Source: Chrysomallon squamiferum (taxonomy: Eukaryota > Animalia > Mollusca). Taken from it: 64,000 nucleotides of DNA. This document shows positions 40,377 through 54,820 of this stretch, piece after piece. The position numbers and the translations under genes are program-made. The notes below the pieces were generated by a model, which saw nothing but the letters and a program-made list of their open reading frames with translations, was not told the DNA's origin and ran no database searches. Location of the stretch: the NCBI GenBank assembly GCA_012295275.1, contig CM022669.1, forward strand, positions 7,254,001 to 7,318,000, read 5' to 3'. Every line of letters begins with the position of its first letter. The stretch's first letter is position 1.

Positions 40377-41384
40377 TTACGCTCGTCTCAGCAGCATCGT
40401 ATCTTGTTGGGAAACGTCTTCGGCATCTTCCGGCAAACATTCTATCCCGGAAGGACATTCACTTGTGATATCCGGCCGGCACATTATGGCGCCCCTAATG
40501 TCGCTGTACGTAAGCCAGATGAAAGGAAAGATAAGAATTTTGGCAGCTCGTAACCAAACTGCAATCTTTAGTCCATAGAAAAAGTCCAAGCAGTAAGTGT
40601 CGTTGCATTCAGTCGTGTATTTCAGCATTGCAACAACGAAATAGGGTATTTCTGGTAAAATGGCAAACACACTGACAAATGCTACTATTCGAATTGCTTC
40701 GTTTCTAAGATAGACTGGCTGTCGTTTGCAGTTGTATCCCACTAGAGCATTTTCTCGCAGCTTGCATCCGTAGTGTCCAACAAGAGTGGCGACAACAAAC
40801 AGAATGATGGCTGGCACTGGGAAGCTGAAGACGTGAGCAAAAAGAATACTCATTAAGTTCACCCCGATCACGCAGCCTCTTTCTGGATCTCCTTTAGCGT
40901 ATCCCGCAAAGAACAGTGGGAGTATGATGATGAATCCAACAACCCATGGTGCGACTAGCAAAATGATGGAAACCATAAAATGAAAGAACCGGAATGGCGG
41001 CGATTTCTGTAGAAGGAAAATGAATCGTTCGACACACAGGGCCAGACACGTCATGAGGTTGAGGTGAACTTGGAGGAAATCATTTAAGGCTCGAACAGCC
41101 ATTCGCAAGTTGCAGTTTTCTTCTGGCGTCTCAAGAATGAGGTGAATGACGGTGGGCATGATGAAGCCGCCCATTAGCAGGTTTGTTAGACAGACGTTGA
41201 CAACCAGTAGGTTCTTCAGCTTGTTTCTAAGACAGCTCTTTGCCAGGATGAGGACGATGTAGAAAAGATGGATTCCTATGGCAACGAGTGACAGTGTGAG
41301 CCAAATGATGTAGGTGGCGTGCCAGTTCTCCAGATTGCCGCCCTTGTCGTCTGCTATAGCGCTTTCCAGTTCCCGCCATTCCAT
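40377..41384 (-). CDS. Orphan class A (rhodopsin-like) GPCR, intronless CDS, 335 aa
   Basis: The ATG follows a ttgcag acceptor. There are seven hydrophobic segments, a Cys at the top of TM3 and in ECL2, ERF at the DRY position, a TM4 Trp, a TM5 Pro, and TM7 FPFIW followed by a helix-8-like DIR. Confidence 0.9.
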   Translation of the reverse strand: MEWRELESAIADDKGGNLENWHATYIIWLTLSLVAIGIHLFYIVLILAKSCLRNKLKNLLVVNVCLTNLLMGGFIMPTVIHLILETPEENCNLRMAVRALNDFLQVHLNLMTCLALCVERFIFLLQKSPPFRFFHFMVSIILLVAPWVVGFIIILPLFFAGYAKGDPERGCVIGVNLMSILFAHVFSFPVPAIILFVVATLVGHYGCKLRENALVGYNCKRQPVYLRNEAIRIVAFVSVFAILPEIPYFVVAMLKYTTECNDTYCLDFFYGLKIAVWLRAAKILIFPFIWLTYSDIRGAIMCRPDITSECPSGIECLPEDAEDVSQQDTMLLRRA

Positions 41385-41497
41385 CTGCAAAAACAAATCA
41401 TGAATGAAAGACAGTTTGTTGAAAAAGAATTATTTTTATTTTAGAATCTATTATTAGATTTAAAGAACTAAAAGTCAAAATCAAAGCAATAGCTTAA

Positions 41498-41539
<42 letters not shown>

Positions 41540-42551
41540 TATAATAATTATTATAATAAATAGAAAAATAAAAAATAAAAATAAAAACACTGAAAAAAAA
41601 ACCCAGAACAATCCTGAACATAACTTATAGACAATTGTTACCACTTAGCTATAAGCGGTAATTTATGAATTATCAGAGATACATACCATGACCTTTGATC
41701 AAAAAAAAAAAAAAAAAAAATGTATATGAAAGGACAAACATCCCTTAGGGCAAGAAATCAAGCATAAATTAATATTTATATTTTACTTATATATATCTGA
41801 GTCATATAAATATTTATCTGGTTATGATTTTGCCCACAAATTCATTGGAAATATAGAAAAAGTAGTCTGCTTAGTTGACTTGCTTGGGAACTATTAACAA
41901 AGAATAAGACAACAATACGTCTGGAAAATACTGAACAATAACTTACTTAGCTAATTCTAGTGTCAGTTTGGTGACCTCTAACGCTCAATAGAGACACATT
42001 AAACTTGAGAGACATTTATTATTCTGTTTATGTTGTGTGTAAAATAAGATGAGTACTTTATAAGCACTGGTAAACATTTTACACGCTCTCGGATTATTAA
42101 TGTACACGTTTGCGTCCAGATTAGATAGTGACAGAACCAAAATACTTTATATATTTCCATGGGATTTATCTTTTGCTAATAATGAAATACAACATAAAAA
42201 TCAGCTTAAAGACATTTGTAGAATTTCTAAGTTTTTCCAAAAGTTATTTCGATATATAATAATAATAATAATAATAAAAAGATATTACTTATAGATCTGT
42301 CCCCACATGTTAGTAAATATTTCTTTTATTACTATTATTATTATTATAAATAAATAAATAAATAAATAAATAAGGGGTAGCTATTAATAAAACTTGATCA
42401 AGGTGTATTAACCAAGTGATCATAAACTTTAAAAAAAAAAAAAAAAAATAAGTCAAAGAAGACTATGTTTAAGAATTAGTTCAGTTTAGAAATTCGTGTT
42501 ACACTTTCCTAGTATTTATTACGTGATTTGCTTCTTAAGGTTAATTATCGT

Positions 42552-42608
<57 letters not shown>

Positions 42609-44955
42609 TCTTGATCTTGGTCTTGATCTCTCGACAAACAAAAGAGGTTACATTGTTTCGTATATCGTGTCTATTCCCGTACACCGACGTCTTCTTAAAG
42701 CTATTTCAAGTCGTTCGTGTCTAAAAAAGTCACCATAAAAAGTGACTTTCCCAAACTAGGCTGAACTGGTAACTAATTATAAACACGTTTACCTCAATAA
42801 TTACCTTAGAATAATTACCCATTGCATAACACGTCCGAGTTTGTGGAGTCGAATGTTCATAAAAGAGTGACCACTAGAATGTCATTCTGTACGGGAGGGA
42901 CAGCGACACGTTACACGAAACACAGCGGAGTAGTTTCGTCATAGCCCGGAGCTTCTTTTTATTCTGACAGACGACTGATAGATTGTCTTAACACTGGGTG
43001 TTAGACTTCCTCGGTTTACCAGGCTTTTTGTATACATTTATTTACATGTAATATATCAAATATACCATTAGGTATATAAAATTATATCAAAAACAAGAAA
43101 ATTATATAGCAGTATTTGTGAAAGGTAACATTCGTGACCGTATCATATAAATTAATGCTTGTTACTTAAAATATCAAGAAAATATTAGTTTTAATATTAA
43201 ATAACGTTTTGTTGTTAAAAAACATATTTTCATGAACATGCTCAAGTCTACGTTACCTATCCATTCAAGCGGAAACTAAATGTATCAATACTAAAGTTAT
43301 TTGGTCACGGATGATCATGTCAACATTATATCGGCATTTTTATAATTTGAAACCTATACAGAAACAGTTTGAAATAAACGCCCATCAGTTATAAAAGAGA
43401 TTATAATATCCGATATAATAATTAAAAAGGGCACGAACGAGCAATCACAGGTGGTGTCGTTGCTCGAGTTCATTAAATCCCGGAACGAGCCAAAACGGAC
43501 TTGAATCGACACAAATGGATATGTTCGTCTTTTGAGTCTGATACTTTGTTTGTTGTTAAAGCTTACCTGGGATGGTGGACACAAACAATTTATATATCTG
43601 ATATACGTTCATGGGCTTGTTTTGTTTGTTACTAGACCCCCAAAGTTTGAAAATAATAAAGTCTGATAACAATGTAACAAAACACATACAGATTCGGTGG
43701 GATTAGAATCGTTTTCATGACGTAAATTCGAATATGGAAATAATAAATAAATAAATAAATATATATATACAGGAAGGAAGAAAGAAAAGAAAGGTTTGTA
43801 GTGACTGATTCAGTCTATTATTTTCTTATATATTTTTTTTTATTTTCTTATCAATACAAGTGGGAAAATGGTAGACTCAGTGTATCACTATTATCACTTT
43901 CATACTTTATTATTATCAAAGTGTAACCATACCAAAACAGTTTCTCGTAAATATACAAAAACATACTTAGGGATATCACCATATGTAACATTAAACAGAA
44001 TTAATGCACACCTTTTTTTTCATCTGTTATATTTTATCAAATGAAGATATAAACATTTACAACAATCCAAAGAATTTTGTTTAAAAAATAACAAACAGAA
44101 TAAATTCAGGATAAAATGCATGCAAAACCACGCGTCAAACATTTCAGGTTTAAAGTTACAAACACTCCTGACTAAATGGATTGAACGTACGCAGTTTAAA
44201 CTCAAAGTTTTTTTTATCGTTCGGTCATTGGGATAGGGTCACCATGTCCTGCAGTTGACTACGTGCAAAAAAAGAAAGAAAAAGCCCATAAAAAGATAAA
44301 ATCTTATCTCACGGTTTATCAGTGTGTACCTAGTAAAATGGTAAATCTTTGGTCTTATGTGTAACAATCAAATTATGGATTTATACTGACGATGAAATAG
44401 CTTAATTATTATTTTGTACACTTCCACGTGTTTTTGTTTTATTTTATTTATTACATTCAGTTCAATTCAATTCAATTTAATTACATTTAATTTAATTTAA
44501 TTTAATTAATTAATTAATTTATTATATTATATCATATTATTTTATTTTATTTTATTTTATTTCATTTCATTTTGTTTTGTTTTTATTTATTTATCTATCT
44601 CACTCCACAGCCACGCCTTCATAATTATACGTGACAAGGAGTGTCAGCGTTTTGGTGATTATCACGTCATATCGTTGATAGAAAGTTTTGTTACTATCCC
44701 TACACATATAAAACTTGTAAACACAGCGTGACTACGATTGTAATAGAGATCAGAGGGCAATAACCAGACATTCGGTATATTACGAAGCCTGTGAGATTTT
44801 ATCTACATTTTAAACTGATAATTACTGACTGTCGTTAGTGTCATTTGTTATGCAGCGTCAGTCATAACGAAGACAACAACATCAGTACACATAAACATAA
44901 TAAATAAAGATTGGTGGTGGCTACATCCACCCGAAATAAACAGCAAATAAAAGTA

Positions 44956-44987
<32 letters not shown>

Positions 44988-45217
44988 AAATAAAACTAAT
45001 AACGACAAGAAAAGGAATATTTACAACATTTACACAAATTACATATACACTCGTATATTAAATATATTTCATGTATACAGAAGTAAAATAACACGACTAA
45101 ATAATTAAAATTATTAATAACAATACTAATAAAGTAAAATAAAACATATCTACACAAATGTATACAAGGCACTATCACTGAATTAATATGATTATGAAAT
45201 TTAGTTAAGTATCATAA

Positions 45218-45260
<43 letters not shown>

Positions 45261-45265
45261 GATAA

Positions 45266-45300
<35 letters not shown>

Positions 45301-46170
45301 GGAAGTGAGTAAATAAATTAGGGATTCCACGGGATAGATAGACCTGATCTCTTCCGAGTTTGTTCTCACCTTTCCTAACTTGGCAAAAGATTCCTGGCTA
45401 CCTTCCCATAAACAGCCAAGATTGAAATGCAAGTGTGAGAGAATATTGACATAATATCGATTTGTTAGATGTACTTTGAAATAGACAGCACGATTTGACA
45501 TAAGGTCACGATGAATTAAAACTTGTTTTCACTTATTGTCATTACACATTACCACTGACAAATTTTTTTTTTTTTAAATTTAAAACTTCGTTAGTAGTGT
45601 ATGTAAATAAGTAAGTTAACTAAGTAATAAATATATAAATTCAATCTTATTTCAGCATTTAATATAGGTAGTAGAAGTGGTAGATATAGTATTAATAGGA
45701 GTACTGTAGTGTTAGTAATTGTTAATGTTATTATTATTGCTTAACTTTAAGTGTACTTCTGAAAAGTACTCAACAGAATAATACATTTTTTAAGCTAATC
45801 AGTTTTATTCGGGAAAAATAAAAATGAAATAATGGTGATAATCGTAAATAATAATAATAAAGTTTTATTTAATATTAGCCCTAGTTAAAAATAAGTTGGT
45901 GAGTGCAACCATGGTAATAGACAATACTAATATTTATCTAGCTTCAACTTACGTGTTTGATTTTCGTCGGCCTATTTTTGTTATCACAGCTAGCTCTACC
46001 ACGTTTTGGACAGGGTCGAAGTTCACAAATACCCAGATATTTACAAGAGCCTTATATATATCTATAGCAGTAAAATATACATCTAATCTCCTCCTTGTTT
46101 TGTGTTATGTGTGTCTGTGTCTGTGTCTGCGTCTGCGATAGAGAGAGTGAGGGGAAGAGAATTAGAGGGT

Positions 46171-46172
<2 letters not shown>

Positions 46173-46245
<73 letters not shown>
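46173..46245. repeat. (GA)n microsatellite
   Basis: Direct reading. Similar GA/TC tracts lie at ~47348-47401, 50044-50146, 51347-51412, 54030-54092, 58448-58582 and 62110-62282. Confidence 0.95.
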
Positions 46246-46249
<4 letters not shown>

Positions 46250-47344
46250 TGTGACAAAGAGATTGCTAACAATATTAATATTTAAAAAAAAATTAAATTT
46301 TAAGATCAAAATAGCACTCTGTTTTGTACAGAATTTATTTATTTATTTATTGAAGAAACTAAAATAAATAATAACATATTATAAGACTGATATACGTTAT
46401 TTTAATAATTAAAAGTACATTATTTTAATCTGGCAAAATTTTATATAGCTATTATAAATATCTGTGTAATATTATTTATTTTTGTGAAAATTAATAATTA
46501 AACTAATTATGCATTTTATCTTTCTAAAATTCAAACATAATACGAAAAAGAAGAAAAAACATTTCTTGGTATTCTTTCAAACTTTTGTCATAATTGATTA
46601 TGAGCAAAGGTAATAGAAATAAATATGAAGTTTACAAAATATTTATTTTAACATTAGAGTTCGGTACACATAATATTATTTTTATTTTTTATCAAATGCA
46701 CTACTGTTCAGTGTGTGACATATATCCTACACGTTCTCTTTATCTGAATAAGCAATTAACAAAAATAAACCGACAACACGTATTTAATTTAAAAGAGAAA
46801 CAATATCAAAACAAATGAACAAAAAGAGAGATCAGATGAAAATGAATATAAAAAAAAAATACAAATAAATACAAATAAAACCTTTTAAACAAACACAAAA
46901 TAATGAAAAAACAAATTGTTATTTTATTGTTTGATTTTAATATTTAATTTTCATTTTAATTATTTATCTATTTTTAACTTTTTTATTGACTTTTTTTGTC
47001 TGTCTTTGGGTTAATGGCATTTCAGCGTCTTTTGTCATTACGTTTTCCATCTTACATGTTAAAAATAATGAACAGTACTTGGGGAAAATTAAAATTGGTT
47101 ATATATATATATGACTTCGGAAAAGAATATTTTAAGGAAGGATGTAACTTAGTGCTTGGGCAGTATAATCAGTTTTCTGATATTAGCAATTGCCTATAAC
47201 GATTGTTTTCACTCTGGAAAAAGATCTCTTGCGGCTAGTATAGAAGAAGCACAGCACAGCGAGTTTTCTTTTATGTTACAATTGCAAAACAAAGTAAAAG
47301 AAAACAACTTAATTATGATGTATATATGTATATGTATCAATCTA

Positions 47345-47404
<60 letters not shown>

Positions 47405-49019
47405 ACATACACCAACACACATAGAAATAGTTTTGCTGAGCGTATTAAAGAGGTTTATGGCGACTTAAGAGTTAAAACTCTTACATAAACTTCTTACACT
47501 CTCTTACATGTTGAGTACGGTAGTTATGAACGTGGTACATACATTTTATTTACCTAGTTCAAATTTACATTTGTTAAGAAGTCCACGCTTTTCATTTATG
47601 AGTTTACCGACAAGCTAAACATAAGAGTCGAAACAGTATCAAAACTGTTCGTTGTAAATTATCTATATCTCTGACATGGTTGTTATTTTGAAGTTAACTT
47701 TAAAGTTACTGTTGTGCATATTCAGCCCATAAAATAAAATATATCATCGGTTGGTTATACAGGTAACTTATCTGTTGTTAAACTCATGTGATCAGACTTC
47801 GTCAAACTTATTTATTCATTTACATTTTTACTGCAGCGAAATTCGAATGTTATAATTAAAGATGTCGCACTCCGACAGAACCAATTGTTCAGCATTGGCG
47901 ATCCCACTTAGTTTAGATTGTCCGAGTTTTGCCACGTGACAATTTATAATTTTCTATCCTGCCAGATAATCATTCTAGTTAATAAATCCAAATTTTATTC
48001 ACCTGTACTTTGAAATTGTAAATTTGGTAGGTGGTCTATATATACTGTTTAAATATATTGAAAATAAAATAATTATAATGTTATGAACGATTTTTGAAAG
48101 GCCAAAATTTACATTAATAGTCTCATTATTAAGCTGGCATATTAACCAGCAAAGTATAACCAAAATGCAACAGTAACAATATTAATATTAATATTAGTAG
48201 TTGTCGTAATCGTAGTAGTAATGGTGATGGTGGTAGTAGTACTAGTAATTTATAAATTAATTAAAACATTTTTTTTACCTGTATCTTTGATTAAATCATA
48301 TATATTTTGAGTAAGGAATTAAATAAATCCACCGTATTTGCTTAAGAAACCTATTTTTGTTAAACCCCTATAAAAGGCTGTATTTAAATTATACGATTAT
48401 TTATAAAAAAAAAAAAAAAAAAAAAAAAACTTACTGTGCGTTTTTCCTGTCGATACTCGGTGGTGTCGCCACTTTCCATAAGACTGTTAAAGTTCCACTA
48501 GATTTTAAAATCCTGGTCCAATATTCCCACCTTAACAATACAGGTTTTGCTAAAATATCCTATGTCGTTGTGCAGCCTCGTTTAAAACCGTTGTTCATCA
48601 TTGTTAAACAACCACATTGCGACACGCAGCCAGTTTATAGGAGTAATCTTTGCTCTACTTCGTTCAGGTGTGTGACAATCGAACGTGCCCTTTTCTGTTA
48701 CCAAAGTTATGGCAGTCAGGTTGTTGGTTTGTACACACATAGCCTGGTTTAATTGTGATAATGGCAAGCGTTTTAATCACTTTTGCCAGAGGGAAAGGGA
48801 AGGTGATGAAAGTTCTAAATATCAGGCTATGTTTGTCGTTTCGTTTGTTTGAAAAGAATTAAAGTATTTAAAAAGGATTGGATTTCGTTTTTAAATAAAA
48901 TATTTTAATGCTTTTCTTTTTCCCTCACACTTTTCAGTATGCCAAAAACTGTTGACAAAGGATTTATTAGAAAATGTGAATGAAAAAAAAAAATAAAATA
49001 AAAATATGTATGAAATATT

Positions 49020-49188
49020 AACAACAATAGAAAAATTAGTATCATCATCAGCAGCAACAACAGCAACAGCAACAACAACAAGAACAATGACAGCAACAGT
49101 AGCAACAACAACAACAACAGTAATAATAATAATAATAATAATAATAATAGTAGTAATAATAATGATTATTATGATGATGATAATGATG

Positions 49189-49240
<52 letters not shown>
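49020..49240. repeat. Compound trinucleotide microsatellite (CAA/CAG, TAA, TGA)
   Basis: Direct reading; it explains the low-complexity ORFs at 48891-49322. Confidence 0.95.
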
Positions 49241-49242
<2 letters not shown>

Positions 49243-50040
49243 TATACCAACACTACTATCCACAATGAACACTGACCCTTAGTTATGGTTGTAATAAATG
49301 AACAGAACCAATAAACAAACAATTATTGCTAAACGAAATTACTCTGGAAGATTGATTATACTCCCCAGCACACTAATTTATTAACTCAAAACTGACTGGA
49401 ACTGACGGCAGCTGTTCTTTTGTAGCTCACCACTGAACTAATTATTTATTCATCGGTGTTTGGTGCTGAGCGAAGACAGTACAGGGATGATGTGATATTT
49501 ATAAATCTATCAATTAACACATATATCATTTAACTTTCTTGAAATACACATCTGTGTTTATTTTCGAGAGTAACATGCACGTATGTAAAATGTGAACACA
49601 TAACACACACACAAAACACACACACACACACATAAGTTTAATGCATTTGTTAATGTAGGTTTATATCTCTGTCCTACATATGTATGTATATGTAGATATA
49701 TATGTCTCTGTGTGTTTGTATGTCATTATGATCTAGGTATGTGTATATGAGTTTATATGTGTGTGCCTAAGTGTGTTGTGTATCTACTAATATGTCTGTT
49801 TGTCAGTGGTGTGTAAATGTGTATATGAATATAGATAAATCTCACCTTTATAATTTGTTGTGTGTTACTAATTGGCCTGACCTCTGTACTTACTCCTCAT
49901 CGTCAGTCATAAGTTTGCTACAGAAGTCACGTACTTGTTCACACACCGTGACAAACCAGCTCTTCATATCTTGATGCAAAACGTTTATGTCTCGCTTCGT
50001 TGCACAGATGTCCATACATCATGATACTGGAGAGAGAGTG

Positions 50041-50149
<109 letters not shown>

Positions 50150-50678
50150 ATTTACAAGCAAGTACAATTTTATTTTCAGGTTTTTTTCATTATGCACCAT
50201 AAACATTTTTGCTTTCATTAACATTTCTCTCTTTTGTGGTTCTTGTTGGATAACAGGAAATTACGTCATTTCGTAGACAGAATTTTGATGCTATAAGATT
50301 ATATGGATGAGGAAATCGTTAAATCATGATACGGTGGTCTGATTTCGATCTGTATGTGTAAACAGCAGAGGTTCAAGTGAACCAGTAAGTAAAGAATCAT
50401 TCGAATCAGTGTAGCAGTAAAAAGTTACTTATTCTCTCTACAAAGTGACTCTGCAGTAAAAGAGTTTCCTTCACGCAGGCAGGAAAAAAATGACAGTTGC
50501 TGAGCTTCCTCCATTGGTTTGTTATTATTACAAAGTCATTTTTTTAGTTAGAGGTAAACATATTTGATTGGTAATTTAGAGATGCAGCTTTTGTCTACTG
50601 TTTTATAAATATAATTTATATCATGCTCAGGTTTGTACACACTTTGGATGTCAATGCAACTACATCAATTTCCCGCTA

Positions 50679-50712
<34 letters not shown>

Positions 50713-51094
50713 AAAAAAAAAAAAAAAACATTAAAAGAAAAAATATCAAAACGCGCTCCTTTACATTTGAGGCCAATGTTCAAAAAAATATTGTTTTGAT
50801 AAAACCCACTATTCATTAGGTTCGCTGAGATCACTGAAATGAAGGTGGCACCTAACAGTAAAACGGCTGACTGACGCATCTTCTTGACGATTTTTCACTA
50901 TAACTTAAATCGTTACCTCCTTGGCGACATACGAGAGATTATTCCTTTTATGGTCGACAGAGTTCACTCCCTTAATAAACCAGTTAACGAAATAAATGTA
51001 TGAGTGATTAGCCTCATCATTAAAACAGCAACAACTTATATAATTTATTGTGATTTTATTTTTCGCATTGATTTTAGGTCTAAAAGAAACTGAT

Positions 51095-51343
51095 TCAAGG
51101 TGCAGGAGTGGTAGCCTTCACGCATCGATAACCTGTTCCTTTTCCTGGCTCAAAAGCGACATCTAGCGTTTTTTCATCCACGCATGTCAAACCTGTAGAA
51201 TATAAAAGTCTTTCTTTTACAGGGTTCCAGAATCCAACTTTGTCATTACTTTTGTATGCAAGTTATTATTATTATTATTATTATTTCTAGGTCATAACAT
51301 TTTATACAGTAATATAATAATATCTTTATATATGAAAGTTTTT

Positions 51344-51415
<72 letters not shown>

Positions 51416-52097
51416 AAGAACCATTTCATATTAAAATATTAAAAAGCTCTGTTACCTGTTGAGCAGTGATCCGCACAGGAACCCCCAGGTTTGCAGTAGC
51501 CAAACTGAGGTTGTTTGTGAATACAATTACTGGCCAAACCTAGAAGATGAACTTCGCAACATCCGTCACCATCGAAGCAGTCTGTGTCAATGTGACATCT
51601 CTTGGTGGTTAACAGAAAACCCTGGTGTAAAAAAAAAAAACACAAAACAATTATATAAATTAACCAATAAATAAATAAAACAACAGATAAAATAAATTGT
51701 TAAATTTTGACATTCATGATATTACTTCATCACTGAAATACAGCGCAATGTCGTTCATAATGATATGTGTAGAACCGTTATTGTGATCATTTCAAGCTCG
51801 TATAATCAAGAAGTAGTAGTATGTAGTAGTAATAGTAGAGTACTAGTACTAGTACTAGTTGTAGTATTAGTAATAATAGTTATATATATAGGGTTTGTCA
51901 CCTACAAGGCCATATAATTTTGAATTACTCTGCCATTTACAAATTAATTAGATAATTAATTATTTGATTTGATTGTTTCTTATTTATTTATTTGTTAATT
52001 TACAAATTTGTAAGTAATGTAGCTATTGGTTAGGATTACTTACCTCGGTAGCAAGTACTAAGAGCAGACAGACAATAAAGACAGGTATCGACTTCAT
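51095..52097 (-). CDS. Secreted 10-cysteine prokineticin/colipase-fold (astakine-like) peptide, copy A, 105 aa
   Basis: Exons 52044-52097 (signal MKSIPVFIVCLLLVLATE), 51456-51621 and 51095-51192 (GLTCVDEKTLDVAFEPGKGTGYRCVKATTPAP*), phases 0 and 1. Cys spacing is C-x5-C-x5-CC-x10-C-x9-C-x5-C-x3-C-x5-C-x19-C. AATAAA lies at 51044-51049 and 51055-51060 (minus). Confidence 0.85.
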
Positions 52098-52991
52098 TGT
52101 TCAAGTTTACAGGTGTATGTGATCAGACAGCAGGTGAAATGTAGTCTAGGTACAGTGATAAGGTAGATAAAAATACAGAGTCACGCTTTGGAAATATCTG
52201 TCTGTATCCGTCTTTCTGTCTGTCTGTCTATCTAGCTATCTCTCTGTCTGTCTATTTAACTGTCTGCCGAACTGTCTGTTTGTCTGTATACCCACGGAAT
52301 TCCTGTTCAAAATATTTCTTTTTCTATGACTAGATGTCTGTAAAAGATCATTAATCAATAACATTATACCACGCAACAGTGTTCTTTTTTTTTTTTTTTT
52401 TTTCATTTCTTTAAATTAGATGTCATCCATTACGATTATCCCATATAATGATTTATATCAGTTATTTGATTTAGTTTCTTTAAAACAAACATTCATTCAC
52501 TACACTTATACTGTTCTCATGGTAATCGTTTAATCATATGTGCATAGGGAACCATAGGAATCTCGTATTAAAACTACCAGTACAGAAGTTGTTGGATTCC
52601 AGCTGTGACGTAAAAGACTGTTTAAGACAGTTGTTATAAATAAATAAAGGAAGAGTAGTTCTCCTTGTCTTATTTTACCTTTTGTTGTCATTATTATTTC
52701 TATTATTGTTTTTTTATTTTGTTGAAATATATAATTGTTTTAAAAGATTATTAATAACAGAAAAATGTAGATATACAAATGGACCACACACACACACACA
52801 CACACACATACTTTGAATTGAAATAAAACCAGAACAATTTAAAATGTTCGAAATTACAACTGAAAATAAAACAAAAAAAAAAAAGATGATGGACTGAACG
52901 AATAGTATCCATACACAAAATGAACTACAAAGGAAGCAACAGTAATGTTTTATTTGATTAAGATGTATTTTGGTTATTGACGGCGGTTTTC

Positions 52992-54022
52992 TTAGGGCAC
53001 CGCGCTGGGTCCCGAGGGAGGGACTGATGTGGGAGTGGCAGATTTCCTACACGTGAAGCCCGTGCGAGCCGGATTCAGTGTCGAGCGATCCACACAAACC
53101 AAACCTACAATTAGAAATACGCAAATCATGAAATTAAATAAAACCTGTTCAGTCTTATTATGCACAAATAAAGTATTTTTTTTTTTTTAGGTTTGAGCTC
53201 GTCTTTATGAACCGACAATTTTTGTGAGAGAATAATTTATAAATTTAGTGTCATATTATATTCGTTTAAATAAAATTAAAATAAAATATGAGTTTGAAAA
53301 CGTACGTTCGTGCTTACGTACCTGAATGCATGTATGTGTAAACATAGATAATTTTTTTTTTTTTTTTTATTTATTTATTTTTTTTTTTTTTTTAATGAAA
53401 GCTGTCGTTTCTTATATGTAATCTTCAGACAAAAAATAAAAATTAAATATAAAAAACAAATAATATTAAAATAAAATAAGATAAATGAAGTGAAATAAAT
53501 AAAAAATAAAACAAAAATAAGAAAAATAAGAAGAGAAAAGAAAAGAAAAAGTTCGCTAATTTATTTTGTTATTATTATTATTTAATATATTTTATTTTAT
53601 TTATTTATTTATTTATTATTATATATATCTAATATATGTACATACACATATTTTTGTTATTATTATTATTTTTTTTTTTAAAGAGTTCCAATGAACAATA
53701 TAGAACGATACATGGTATTTGATAAGCCAGTAACTGTTTTATCGTTGTATGTTAATGACTGATCATCTACTGATATTGTAATGGAAATTTCGAATGTATC
53801 TGAAAATTAGCTACCAGCAGCACACTGCATTTGACAAGTGCCTCCACTCGACTCTGGTTTGCAGTCGTCGTGTTGAAGTCTTGTCTTTTGTGACGACATT
53901 TGTTAGCAAGACCCAGGACATGACGTTCACAGCATCCATCACCATTGAAACAGTCTTTGTTAGTAGAGCAAGCGGAGAAAAATAACAGTCCCTGAAAAAT
54001 GGACAGATAATGAAAAAAAGAA

Positions 54023-54097
<75 letters not shown>

Positions 54098-54539
54098 CTA
54101 CGATGAGATATAACATTACCAGCAACAAACAGTCTGTGTTCCAAACTTTTAATAAAATGAATTTATAACTTTAATAATTTTTACACAAAGTTTGATTTAA
54201 CATAGGAAACAGATTTCGAATTAATTTCGTGAAGAATAATGTTTCCTTTAGTTTTAACAATTCAGATTCAAACCACTTCTAATTCTCACTGATTAATTCA
54301 CCAGCCCGGTAAAACCTATATTCCTCCCAGGAACAGAAAAAAACACTCCACTAAGTAAGTCAGTAATTACAGAAGTAACTAAGTATATAAGTAAATCATT
54401 ATGTAAATTAATAAATAAGTATTTATGTAAATGAAAACAGATACAACAAAAACAAAACAATATTTTGTGAAAGAATACTTCTTACTTCTGATATGGTAAA
54501 AGCGAGAATCAATACGAACAAAATAGCCGTCATCTTCAT
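52992..54539 (-). pseudogene. Paralogous secreted 10-Cys peptide gene, copy B, frameshifted by a 5-bp duplication in exon 2
   Basis: Exons 54486-54539 (MKMTAILFVLILAFTISE), 53815-53991 and 52992-53104 (GLVCVDRSTLNPARTGFTCRKSATPTSVPPSGPSAVP*). The structure matches copy A. Removing one GTCTT of GTCTTGTCTT (53878-53887) restores CRHKRLQHDDCKPESSGGTCQMQCAAG and intron phase 1. Confidence 0.8.
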
Positions 54540-54764
54540 TGTTTTTCTGGTTCCAAATAACTGAATGTGAGTAAAGCAGCTGGTACATAAAAGACAGAAC
54601 ATATGCTACAAACCCATCGGATGTTTAAGAGGACAAAGTTTGAGACAGAGACTTCGTCCGAAGTTAAATATCAAACGTTCTATTCAATGACATGACTATA
54701 GCGGTGTGATTAATTTCGTATCGTTAACTATATTATAATTTCAACATTTGGTTATTCTAACATA

Positions 54765-54820
<56 letters not shown>

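Noticed and set aside
48357-49322. ORFs of 60-143 aa in this interval
   Set aside because: They are generated by poly-A and trinucleotide microsatellites or lack any domain signal or splice support.
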